Below, piece after piece: positions 37,319 to 49,569 of a DNA stretch of 64,000 nucleotides (positions are counted from its first letter, which is position 1; each line of letters opens with the position of its first letter). The position numbers and the translations under genes were made by a program. Below the pieces are notes generated by a model. That model ran no database searches. It saw nothing but the letters and a program-made list of their open reading frames with translations, and was not told the DNA's origin. The DNA comes from Sminthopsis crassicaudata. Its lineage: Eukaryota. The stretch is from assembly GCF_048593235.1 (NCBI RefSeq), contig NC_133619.1, positions 507,125,644 to 507,189,643 on the forward strand. The letters are read 5' to 3'.

Positions 37319-37879
37319 ACAAGCAATAATCTGGATAGAGATTTGGCATCCAATTTCATTCTCCCTAATAACCAATGAGATCTTTTACACTTAGTTAATA
37401 ACTCTTGAATTGTGTTGACCTTCCTCTAAAGAAAGATAAGGGTGTTTTAGGAGAAAAAGTAAGCCCATTATTTTGGGAGACATTTCTACCTTAAGCATAA
37501 ATGTGCAAATCTGTCACAATGGCTTATATAAATTGAGAATATACATGTTACAATAAACTATGCATCCATGTTTAAACTATATCAGATTGCTTGCCATCAT
37601 GGAGGGGGAATGGACAGGAGAGAGAAAAATTTGGAACTGAAAATCTTATAAAAATGAATCTTTATATCTTTAAATGTAATTGGAAAAAACAAAATACTAT
37701 TAAGCAGGAAACAATAAACTGCAGCCAATCTTGCAAAGAGACTGTGATCAATACCTATCCTAGGGGCCATGTAGGCTGTAACACAGGTTCATATAACCTA
37801 AAATCTCAAATATAAAGAAAAAGAAAAGAGAGGGGAGAACAGAAATAGTACAAGTTTGGTATGGGGGATCAGACTGCCA

Positions 37880-38490
37880 ATCTAACAGAGTAGTCTAGTT
37901 GAGAATAAAGTAAGGAAGCACCCAGAGAGAATACAGGTCTTCCAAAGCTCTTCCTTATATTCTTTGTACTTCTTCTGGTCCTGTTAGGTCACATATGATA
38001 GAGTCCCATTAAAACTTCAATTCTATTAGTTAATATTCTTATGGTCATTCTTCAGCTCAATACATTTCTGAGGCTCTTTATGTCCTAGAAGATAAAATAT
38101 GGACTTCTTAATGGGCATTGAAGACCCTCCACAATTGCTCCAACCTAACTTTTTTACTTTATCTTTTTCCACTTTTCTTCCCATCAAGTAGATGGGAACT
38201 ATCTCTTTCAACCAACATGCATTAAGTTATTTGATTCTGACATCTTTTCTACAGCCTCTTATGCCTGAAATATATCTTCTCTCCTTCTGCCCACCCCTTT
38301 TTCCTGATCCCCACAGATGTTACGATACCCTTGCCCAAGAAATTTACATTTTTTTTCTCTGTGAATTATTATTGCATCTACATTAGAATGTAAGCTCCCT
38401 GAGGGCAGGGGCTATTTTTGACTTTACATCTTTAAAACCTCTCACCATGCCTTGTTCATTATGAAAGTTTAGTAAATATTGCTGAATTAA
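37880..38490 (+). mobile_element. L2 3' region
   Basis: Ends cattagaatgtaagctccctgagggcagggg...gtttagtaaatattgctgaatt, the L2 terminus. Confidence 0.65.
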
Positions 38491-38547
38491 CTTTCCCCTT
38501 ACTTTCCCTTAAGGGTTGAAGGCAAAATTGTTCCTTGAGTTCAGTCA

Positions 38548-39010
38548 CAGAAGTTCTTAAAGTGTGGTCTAACCAGAAACCTTTTTCTGGCATCTGTGAA
38601 GTTTAAGCTATTTTCGTAATAATATGACTTTATTTGCCTATTAAAATACTCCTCTCTTTTCCAACAATATATCTTTATGAGGCCAAATTTTCTTCATATA
38701 CTTTTACCAAAATAGCATATTGAATGCAGAAGCAGATATAAGAATACATGTTTTCTATTAAGTCTGATATTTAAGAGATTTACAAAAATATATGAAGCAA
38801 TTCCATTCTCACTTTTTTTTTGTTTTGGAAAATGTAGCAATTTTTTATAAAACATGTTATTTATGTTAACATGTAATAGCTACATTATTACTATTTAAAT
38901 TAATGAATAAATACATAATTTTAAAAAAACTATCTATTTTAATTTCTCATAAGCTAAATATTTATGGATGTAAACCATATAAGCAAAAATTATCCAAGGT
39001 CATCAATAAT
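38548..39010 (+). mobile_element. Charlie1-like hAT DNA transposon deletion derivative
   Basis: cagaagttcttaaagtgtggtc...ctattttcgtaataat...tgaatgcagaagcagatataagaat...tttaatttctcataagctaaatatt...gtcatcaataat resembles both ends of Charlie1. Confidence 0.7.
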
Positions 39011-39530
39011 GTTTAATTAGGCCAGATGTGAGGGTCTGGTGCTTACCCTTTTTATAGGACAAACCAATTTAGGGAGTTAGAAGAATCAACCATTGTTGTA
39101 ATATGAAATCATCTCCTCAGTCATTCACATAACCTACAGCTCATCATTGCTGGCTTCTCTGAATTCTACTATTCTGGCAGGATAGGAGGTAGGGCATACA
39201 CTTATATGCCATCTCCTACCTTCCAAGTAGCTAGGAGATACATGCTGATCAATAATAATATGAGATCACCCCTACATAAGGGATGACACTAAGGAGATAA
39301 GGAAAGGCATTCCTTTATGTAAAGTAATCCAGAGAAACCAAGAGGCAAAGATGAGGAGAGAGAATGTTTAGGCATGGAAAATAGTCAACAAAAATGCCCA
39401 GAGTTGAGAGATAAAGTGTCTTGTAAAGATTAATGAATGGAATAATAGTTATTTCACCAGGTCCCCTACCTAGCTTTTTACGATCCTTAAAGGTTCTTTT
39501 AAAAAAGAAGACCAGTATCTTGGACAAAAT

Positions 39531-40004
39531 ACTGTGAAATCCATTATATTCTAGTTCTCTTCCTTCCTGTGGTTTCCATTGGGTATCATGTTGGACTTAA
39601 TAGCCAGCTAAATTTTGTACAGAATGAATGCACCCCTTAGGAAGGGGAATATTCAGCACACCCCAGTGTCTGATAAATGTTGAGGGATGGAATATCTTGC
39701 AAAAGGAAAAGGCTAGTGTTCTTGGAATCATTGGAAGGGTCAGAGAAGTACAAACTGTATGAAGACTAGAAAGGGAGGAAGGGTCCAGACTCCAGACAAT
39801 GGAGAGGATCAATAAGCACCCTTAACCAATTATAGATTGCAGTGGTCTTGGCTTCCAGCAGAGACTAGTATCTCTCTAGATAGTTCCTTGACATAGCTGT
39901 GTACATCTGATTGAGCCTATACTACAATCAGCACCTCTGAATTTTTCTGCTTATTTGTAACCCTGAGCCAACTCTTTTAGTCCTCTGGATCTCAGACAGT
40001 CCTA
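39531..40004. mobile_element. Possible old LTR
   Basis: About 470-bp block bounded by tgtgaaatcc...cagtcctaca (TG...CA) between L2 and MIR relics. No clear TSD. Confidence 0.3.
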
Positions 40005-40989
40005 CAATTTAGAGCTAGAAGGAACTCCAATGGAGATCATCTCATGAAGGCCCTTTCTTGTTAGAGAATAGGAAACTTGAAGGCAAGAATGGTCAAGTGA
40101 GCTGTCCAAGGTACTAGTTGTCCCTAAGTAGATCTGTATTTCAAACTCATGTGATCTGACTTCAAATCCAGTGCTTTTTCTAGTCCACCGTAATGCCTGC
40201 CTCACTTTGCTTTTTACTAAATTAATGACAGATCACATTTTCATAGTATTCATCTTTGTTATTCTTTTTTCCCTCATTGCACAAATAAATGTTCTTGGAC
40301 ATTGGGCTTACAGAATTCCCTTATGCTAAAGATTACAAGTTTATCATCATTTGGCAGGTTCAACATAGAGTAGGCATCCTTTAAATCTTAAGTTTTGAAG
40401 AACCTGTGGTTTTTTGACATCAAAACTGGAGGAGGGAGTTAGGTCAGTATAGACTATATAGGAGAGAGAGGATGGCATAGAACGTTGAGTATCAGACCTT
40501 AAATTAGGAAGGGTTAGATTCAAATTTGGACTTTTCCATGTGTTAGCTATGTAACCCTGTTTAAATCATGCTTATCTTTCTGGGTCACAGGCTGTATTCT
40601 AAGAATCACCTATTAAATTTATAACAAATTTCTTCTGAGTTGATGAACAAAGTTCCTACACTGCCACTGCGTGAAATGTATCATAAGTAACAGCACCGGT
40701 CAATGCTTTGTCTCAGTAGTTTTAAAAAGTTTAACTGAGCAGATTTCACTTTTCTTGTACTGGAAATGACCTGTGATTGTATGTTTTACATTCCTAGACA
40801 TGTTAACTCTGTTTTTAAATTGTTTTAACTTTGCCAGTTTTTTTGAAGTCAGATCAACAAAATGTGTTTGGCTTTAGCAGTAAAGTCATGGCTGTTTGTT
40901 CCTTGATTTAGTGCCAATTTCTTGTTCATGTCAGATTTCTGTAAAACTAAAAAACATTTCTTCATAACATCAAAAATACAATTTCATCA

Positions 40990-41610
40990 GGCCTCCCTTG
41001 TCTGCTCACACAGCTGCTAGCTCAGTTGGGGCCCTCATCACCTTTCCTGTGGACAATTGTAATCTAATTGGTCTTCCTGCCTCATTTCTCTAGTGCAGTT
41101 CACACAGTTGTCAAAAATTAACTTCCTAAATTTTAGGTCTCACCCTGTCACATCCTTACTCCAAAACTAGTCTCTCAATTTCAAACTCCTTAACCTGGCA
41201 TTCAAGGCCATCTACATTTTGGCTCTACCTTTCCTTTCCATTTTTTATACCATTCCTTTTGCTACACTTTGTGCTCTAAATTGACTAAATGTGTGTTTGT
41301 GCCCTGAACTCACATCATATCTTCTATCTTTATACATTCCATTAGATCTTTTCCCATTGCTGGATTGAAATTCTATATATTAATGCTCAATTTAACTCCA
41401 GTACCTTCCCTCTGTTAATTATTTTCTATCTATCTCCCGTATTTAGCTTGCTACTTATTCATTTATTTATTTGTAGATTGTCCTTCCATTAGATACTAAG
41501 CTCCTTGAGGACAGGGACTGTCTTTTGCCTCTTTTTTTGTATCCTTAACATTTAGAACAATAATTGAACAAAGTAAGCACTTAAATGTTTATTGAATTGA
41601 AATTGAATTA
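40990..41610 (+). mobile_element. L2 3' end
   Basis: cattagatactaagctccttgaggacagggactgtcttttgcctc...ttgtatcc...gcacttaaatgtttattgaattgaaattgaatt. Confidence 0.8.
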
Positions 41611-41619
41611 GAAGGGAAT

Positions 41620-41925
41620 TGATAAACTGGAAAATAGTCAGAGGAGTACAACTAGGATAAAGATAGGCTTAGGGTCATGCCATATGAGAATTCACTAAAG
41701 TAATTAGGAATGTTTACTCCTGAGAAAACAAGGCCAAGGAAATAGTTGCCTTCTAGTATTTGAAGGTCTGTCATGTGGAATAGTAATGAGATAAATTTAA
41801 CCTCAGAGGGAAGAATTAGGTGCAATGAGTAGAAGTTAAAGAGAGACTGATTTAAATTTGATATGCGGAAAAGATGCCAAAAAATAGAACCATGCAAACA
41901 TAGAATGTGCTGCTGTAAAAAAAGT
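41620..41925 (+). mobile_element. L3/CR1 fragment
   Basis: gaggagtacaactagga...ggaatgtttactcctgagaaaacaagg...cttctagtatttgaaggtctgtcatgtggaa. Confidence 0.65.
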
Positions 41926-42069
41926 TCTGCCATATTTTGTTTCTATTCCTGTATTCTCCCTGTCTTATACCTTATATAATTATCTTATACCATATATATC
42001 AATATATTATATTATCTTATACCATATATATCTATATATCAATATATATCAATATATCTATATATATCA

Positions 42070-42133
42070 ATATATATCTATATCTATATATAGATATAGA
42101 TATATATATTGAGGCTGCGGAGAGCAGCCTCAA
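42070..42133. repeat. Perfect 38-bp AT-rich palindrome plus adjacent 10-bp-stem hairpin
   Basis: 42070-42107 is self-complementary (checked base by base). ttgaggctgc (42109-42118), loop ggaga, gcagcctcaa (42124-42133). Confidence 0.9.
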
Positions 42134-42409
42134 GTCTCATCCAGACAAAACTCTCTTTTCCTCCAGAGCTGCCCTCTTTTATCCTCCCAGAGAATGGGTG
42201 TGGGATAATGCAAGGGCTTGTGGGAAGAATTACTTCAACCAATGAACTTGCTCTTCCTAAGCATGCAAGCTCTTCCCCAGGAATTCACAAGTAAAACTCC
42301 CAGTAAAGGCTGGAACTAGAGAATTGTCAAGTACCGACTTAGCACTTAGTAAGAACCTAATATCTCATTATCTCATTAGCACTTAGTAAGAACCTATCAA
42401 AATATTAGC

Positions 42410-42410
<1 letters not shown>

Positions 42411-42449
<39 letters not shown>
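42411..42449 (+). repeat. (ATT)n microsatellite
   Basis: Directly visible. Confidence 0.95.
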
Positions 42450-42738
42450 GACACTAACCAGTACTATAATAAATAATAATAAAATGACTAACTTCAATCT
42501 GTATATTATGAAGTGAATCTATTTCCATGGATAGTTTCAATTTCATGAACTTTGAGGTGCCTACCAATTCTGAAATCCTGTGCCTCTATGCTTCTGAACT
42601 GTTTCTTTCTCCTTTTCACAATCCTCATTTTCCTTCAGGCCTCAGGTCAGGTGCTACCCTCTTCCATGAAGCCTCTTCTAACTAGTCAAAATTATTCCTT
42701 CCCTTCCCCAAATTTCCTAAAACATGGATTTCCCCTTT

Positions 42739-42873
42739 NNNNNNNNNNNNNNNNNNNNNNNNNNNNNNNNNNNNNNNNNNNNNNNNNNNNNNNNNNNNNN
42801 NNNNNNNNNNNNNNNNNNNNNNNNNNNNNNNNNNNNNNNNNNNNNNNNNNNNNNNNNNNNNNNNNNNNNNNNN
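42739..42873. other. Assembly gap (135 N)
   Basis: Directly visible. Confidence 0.99.
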
Positions 42874-45800
42874 GCACACAGTGATTATTAGCTGATGTCT
42901 GATTAGCTGAATTGAATAGGTACTACTTTCCAATAACTGTATGAGATGTATAGTTCCAGTATTTTTGTTCCCATTTTACACATGTGGCAGCAAAGGCTCC
43001 AGGGAATTAAGTGATTTATTCAACATTTCATTCTTGTTTTGTCACCAAGCTAAAATTGAAATCTCAGGTTCTCACTCCCAAGTAAGGGCTCTTGCCCCTC
43101 ACTCCATCACAGTGCCACAAGTCTCTAGGAGGGATGGGGAAACAGGAAGATTGTTGCCTGTAAAGATCCGAATTAGAATTAAGTTTACTACTCTGGGAAG
43201 GTTGCCAGTCTCAAGTGTTAATAATCATCCCATTGTTTTTTAAATCATTTATAATTACATAAATAAAGCTTACTTTTTCTTCATTAATGGTAATGAACAT
43301 TATTTGATTGATTGGTTGATTAATAATAGTGTAATTCTGAAGCTGACAAAACACTGAAGGCAGAAAATGACACTTGGATGCTGTCTCTGGTAAGGGAAGA
43401 CAGCACTAGAGACAGAGCAGGCTTTTTCTTTAGAAGGGGCAAAATGCCAGTTTCTAAGGGGTGGGATGGAGGATTCATGTCGAGAGAAGTCACTGTGACC
43501 AGGCAGCCCCCCAAACGGATGCGATTTAGGATTTATTAACAGTACGTTCTCTTCAAAAGGAGGGGAATGCTATTCCCTATAAAACACACTGGGTGCTGTA
43601 TCAGACTCTGAATATGACATTTCAAGAAGGAAGTAACAAGGCATTGCTGTTTTGAGGAGGACAATAGGAGACCATGTTATAAGAAAGAGACTGAGGGCAC
43701 TGTAGCTGTTTAAGAGGCAGGACCTAACTTTGAATTGTGGTGTTAACATTTCTTTGCCCCTTGACCATAGCGAAGTCTTCAACTCCTGAGCCTCAGTATG
43801 CCTGTCCACAAAATGGAAATAACAATACTTGCAGTATCAAATATCTAGATATGTTTTAAGCAAATGGCTTTTTAAACTATAAAGTTGTCTATATAAATGG
43901 AGCTATTCTTATTGTAACTGTGAAATAATCTAATTTTTGTCCTTTGACTCACAGTGTGAAGAATCAGTTATGTTCTAGAATAAGCTCTTCCATTCACTAG
44001 TCTACCTGCACCTCAGTTTTCCATCCTTACCTGGGTGAACCTATGAGGTTCCTTCCAGTTCTAACAGTCTGTACTGACTGGTCTTCCACTCCTGGTGTTC
44101 TAAGTGTGTTCTAATGTCTCTTCTAACTTTGACAGTTTCTTTTTTGGAAGTTATCAGAAGGATCATAGATTTGTTGCCAAAATGAAGCTTGGAGCTGATC
44201 CAGTCCAATCCCCTCATTTCACAAAAAAACCCACTAAGACAAAGGTGGTTTAATGATCTGCCCCAGGTACATTGTCAGAGCCAGGATGCAAACATATATC
44301 CTCTGATTCCAAAGTCAGCATCATTTCTACTTCCATGACAACAAGGTCCACCTCCCAACACTGATTGTCTGAGTCTTTAGTTCTGTGAACCACATGGGGT
44401 GGCTCTAGGCTGTCTGCCTCAGCATTTTAGTCCAGAGAAACCCCAGTTTTTATTAACCATTACAAGATTCCCCAAGCCAATTGTGATCTAAGCCCCACGT
44501 TTCCTGACAGATTTTCCATGTCAAACTCTGGCCACAAGGAAAGAAAACCAATGTATATGTGTGTATGCACATACACACATATTTTATTGGTCACCTGCCT
44601 CCTTCCCATGGGTTACTGATAACTAACAGATGGAGAGATCTTGAAGTTAATGAGTTTTACCTCCTGGCCAAACATTTTCCATCATCCAATTTCTGATCCC
44701 ATTCAAAAAGAATGCCATCCTGGTGTGTCAGCTACAAATGCCGCATTTTGGCATCCATTATCTATTACGTATTCTTTTTATTCCCTTTTAAAAAGTTGTT
44801 TGTTGAGTCTCATCATGGCATCATGTTTCTGAATCATGGCCCTCAATGAGGGTTCCTTACAGCTTTGGGGAGACAAAGGGGATAAAGGGAGGAAGGAAGA
44901 CGAAGAAACTCATCTTCAAAGTATTGGGGGTCATAAACAGAATGATCAGAAGACGCTTATAAAAGTTGTTTCCAGTTACAGCAAGTAGCCAGGGTAATTT
45001 AATAGTGAGAGCTGGCATCCTGCACCCTGGAGGCTCCTGTTTCAACTCCAGATGTTTCTCATTTAATTCAGTAACATTCAGAGACAAGGCTGTGAGGCTG
45101 GTTTGCTACCGCCCTATACCTCTCTGCAAGATCAGCAGGTCGATTCCTTTGAAGAGTGCCTGCTGAACTGAACAGGCTCAATTAGAAGACTCCAATTAAA
45201 TCATTGATGATTAGGTACTGACCCATCCAATCAACTCTGCACCCTCTGATCCTGGGAATGAGAAGACATGCTAGTTGTTCATGGAGAAGAGACGATATAA
45301 AACCAAACATTTCTGTATTTTTTCTTGGTATGCAAGGAAACATGACTTAATTTGTTCCACAGGTAGTCATGGGTTGATGACAATCTCCCTGCCTGGGGAA
45401 TCTAAAGATCTGAGTCAGGTATGATGCCTTCATTTGCTGGCCACGTAAGCCTGGATCCTTCACCTTTGTAAGTCTCTCTAAATTCCTCCCCTTGGTAACC
45501 TGACAATATGATGCAGAAACGTTGAAGTTAATGAGCTTTATTTACCTGCAGGCCTTCTAATGTCATTCTTGAAGATTTTTTAAAAAAAGTGTATTGGGAA
45601 CCGGTGTGGCCCAGTTAAGAAAAGTCCAGTCTGTGAGTCTGAAAACTTCAGATCTAACATCTGGCATCTTCCAGCAAACAATTACCCTCTCTTCTTTCTA
45701 GGCAGCTCTGGATAAGTTGTACATTTGAATTGGTACAAGGAGTTTGCATAAGAGCAACTCCAGACACAATTGAAATCACAAGTATAAATGCTAATGGAAG

Positions 45801-46271
45801 AGTGGTCACTTGTACCATATGCCTCTTAAAGAAGTTTTTGAGGAAAGGACTTGCTGGCCTGTGGCACTTAATGTGACAGTATTAAGATTCTGGAAGACTG
45901 ACAGGACCTAGGAACAGGACACAGGATTCAGGTTGGAATACATGGATAGATGTCTCCCCTCAAAAGGATCTTGGAATTTGCTTGACCATTCCACTTAATC
46001 ACTTCTCAAAGACCAGCTCTCAAAAGTCCCTTCTATTGCTCTGGGATTATGACTCCTTAACTCCCAGTTTTCCCTAAAGTCTTACTTATGCTTTAGAAGA
46101 AGGGAGAGAAAAAAAAAACTTTTGAAGTCCAAGTGAAAGGATATTTGGACCTGAATTGGAGTTGTGGGTCTCTTAGTGGAGAGACAAGACACCTCCATAA
46201 TTGCCCAAGTTTGTTGTATTAAAGAAAAGATACTGAAGGACAAATTTAATGGCTATCCCCACCTCCCCACC

Positions 46272-46450
46272 NNNNNNNNNNNNNNNNNNNNNNNNNNNNN
46301 NNNNNNNNNNNNNNNNNNNNNNNNNNNNNNNNNNNNNNNNNNNNNNNNNNNNNNNNNNNNNNNNNNNNNNNNNNNNNNNNNNNNNNNNNNNNNNNNNNNN
46401 NNNNNNNNNNNNNNNNNNNNNNNNNNNNNNNNNNNNNNNNNNNNNNNNNN
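46272..46450. other. Assembly gap (179 N)
   Basis: Directly visible. Confidence 0.99.
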
Positions 46451-48117
46451 TATAGTTAGTTTTGAAATTTATAAATTATATATTATATTTTATAGATAAA
46501 ATAATTTAAAATATATTAATACATTAAATAACATTCCTTCCCTAGAAGCTTATATTCTGCTGGGAGCAAGAAATTTGATATGTGCACAGATGAGTGTAAT
46601 ACACAGAGTAGATGGAAGGTCATATGAAAGTTGAAGGCACTGGGGAAACCAGAAATGGCCTGTAGAAAATGTGATGGGGCAAAGGAAAATTTTAGTAGAG
46701 AAAGAACTATTCCCCAGAGGAACTGGATCCTAAGCTGATCTTTGAAATATCATAATTACAATATTTTTAAAGTGTGTCAAATATTTTTCCCTTGCTATCT
46801 ATTTTATTTGATTTTCCCCACCATCCACTCAAGTAGATGCTATTCTTATCCCTAATTTATAGATAGGGAAACTGAGGCCCAGAAAAGTTAAAGGACTTAA
46901 TTAGAATCATACAATTGGTATGTCAGGGAGAATTTGACCTTGCTTCTTCCAGACTCCAGTCCCAACAAGGAATCTGCAAGGCATTTAAAACCCTGAATCA
47001 TCTGCCTCCCACCCAGCTTTCCAGTTTTACTGTGTGTTATAACCATTCAGGGACTATTCCATTAAATAGCCAGGTAGCTGTCTCCTGTATGAGTTACTAG
47101 CTCCCACTTCTGTCCCTTTGTAAAGGTGGTCCCCCATGCCTCGAATAGATTCCCTCCCAACCCCTGTCTCTTCAAATAACATCAAAGCTCAGCTCAGGTG
47201 CTACACCTGTTCCCCACAGTTGGTGGAATTTTCTCCTTTTTCAAATTATTACCAAATATAAGATGCATTTGCTTATCTTTCAAGATATATTTTATGCCTC
47301 CTTTCCCATTTAAAATAAGTTTCTTGAGGGGAGAACCTGTTTCGTTTGGGATTCTGTATCCCTGACACAGTATAGTATCTTGCACATTGCAGAAGCTTTA
47401 ATATTTTTTTTCTGATTTGCGAATTGATTTAAAATGCATCTGAGACATAGGGGGAGGAAGGGGGGTCTCTTCTGCAGATGCTTTGAAGGCAGCATCCTGC
47501 CAGCCATTCCTTTTCCTCCTCCCTTATTCCTCCCCACCTCCCCATCCACATCTGACAGCTCAGCAGGGAGACTCTAGGTGAAGGAATTTGAAAGGAAGCC
47601 TTGCAGAGCAATGAGTCACAGATGTGTCCTGATGGGGGAGCAGGGAGGGAGCTCCGAGGCATTGTCCCTGGAACTACCGTGCTGTGATTGACCTGTGCAT
47701 CATAATCAAGCCTGCCCTTATTGCAACAGTAATTATCCAGCACAGGTTTCCACTAGTAAGTCCTGTCAGGTCAAGAGGCCAATATGGAAACTGACATCAG
47801 CACCTCCTGGCAATTATCGTTCAATTACCGCCATTTAGAAATCCAAGGGAATACATTGTAACCTATCTCCTTCCGCTTTCTAGACCCCAGGCTTTTCCCC
47901 CTTTTCCTTCCCTTTTATCAGTTTTAAAAATAAAAAGAAATCACAGCCTCCTAATTGAGATTCAGAATCAGAGAACCTAGGTTCAATTATCTGTGTTATT
48001 ACGTATTAGCTGTTTGACCATAAGCAAGCGATTTCTACTCTTGGAACTCAATCTGTCCATCTCTAAAATGAGGAAATTGGACCAAATTAAGGGTTCTGAA
48101 CATTAGTGCGTTTTTAA

Positions 48118-48300
48118 TATCTATCTATCTAATATCTGTCTTTTCATCTAATTATCCATCTATCGATCCAAAGATCCGACTGTTTATCTATCTATCCAGT
48201 GATCTATCTTCCCATTTACCTATCCATCCATCTTCCTTCCTATCCAATGATCCATCCATATATCAGTCTTCTATCTATCCAGTGATCCATCTATCTGTTT
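48118..48300 (+). repeat. Degenerate (ATCT/ATCC)n tetranucleotide tract
   Basis: atctatctatctaatatc...tttatctatctatccagtgatctatc...tatccatccatc. Confidence 0.75.
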
Positions 48301-49011
48301 GTACATGTGTCCGCCTATAATCTGTTTATTCCATTATATTCCTCTCATTCATAATCTTACATATTTTAAAATACGGTTCTGAAAGGCGGGCCATAGTCTA
48401 GACCACCAGACAGCTTGAGAGGTTAAATATATCTGGATTAGGTTACCTCTAAATTCCCTTCAAGAAGAGCTATAATTAGGCATTCTCTCCCTTAGGACAA
48501 ATTGAATTTTGAAGGGTTGTGCTTGGAGCATACAGCAGACTGGATGTCTCATCTGTGATACTAGAAGAGAGATGGAAGAGAGAAGGGTGCAGAAACAGGT
48601 GCTCATTGGGAAGAAAAGAGAGAGACAAAAACTTTCTGGTAGAAGGCATCAGGGGAGGGGCAAAACTCTCATGTTATCATGTTAATCGATTGATTGAAGG
48701 AGCATAAGAAAAGCAGAGGACAATGTGGAATGGAGAGTAGAGAGGAATCTCACTCTTGGAAGGCGGGGACTCTTGGGTAAAATTATTGCTACTCTGTTCC
48801 ATAGTCTCTGTTTTGGCTCTCTTGCCAGCTCTTTACAGTCTTTTTTCAGCACAAATTGAGTCATTTGTGGCGAAGTGGACAGAAAAGCTTGAGTTTAAAT
48901 GTGGCCTTAGTCATTTACTAGCCCTGTGACCTTGGGCAAGTCACTGTCTCAATTTTCTCATTTGTAAATTGGGGATAATAATAGCACCTACCTCTTAGGT
49001 TTATTGTAAGG

Positions 49012-49569
49012 TGTAGTGTTCTGTTCTCTAAATTGTAATCCTTCTCTTGGGGGCAGGTTTTCTTGGGGAGCTTCTGGGAGCAGCCTTGGTTTCAGTCCAA
49101 TTCAATAATCCCAGGAGTTAAACTCCAGATCCTTTATTATGTCCTTCAAAATCTTGAATCTTTTCCTGGGCCCGGTTAGCTTTCTTAGAGGCCTCTCTCT
49201 CTCTTTGGTTCCCGAGAGCTCTTGTCCGAATGTCTCCAGCCAGCACGAAGGTTGAAGTGGGAATGACTCTTCACTCTGAATCTCCCGAGAAGTTTTCCCA
49301 AAGTCCTCCTTGGCCCTGAGAGCCTCTTGCTTATGTGCTGCCCATTGAACACACACCAATCATTTCATCACTAGGAAACCATTATTTGTTGCAGGATTAA
49401 ATCAATGCTAAATTAGATTTAACCATTGTCTCCTCAATTCCACTCAGGCACCTTGTTTCAAGTTCTGGCCCATAACATCTCCTTATAGGGGTCAGATCAA
49501 TCATACTGAATTAGATAATTATTGTTTCTATTCATTCCAGTGACTTAGCACCTTGTAAGAATCCTAACA
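49012..49569 (-). mobile_element. ERV solo LTR (558 bp) inserted into a MIR-type SINE
   Basis: Termini tgtagtg...cctaaca (TG...CA). 6-bp TSD gtaagg (49006-49011) versus gtgagg (49570-49575). The MIR reads through across the insertion. Minus-strand AATAAA about 49125. Confidence 0.88.
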
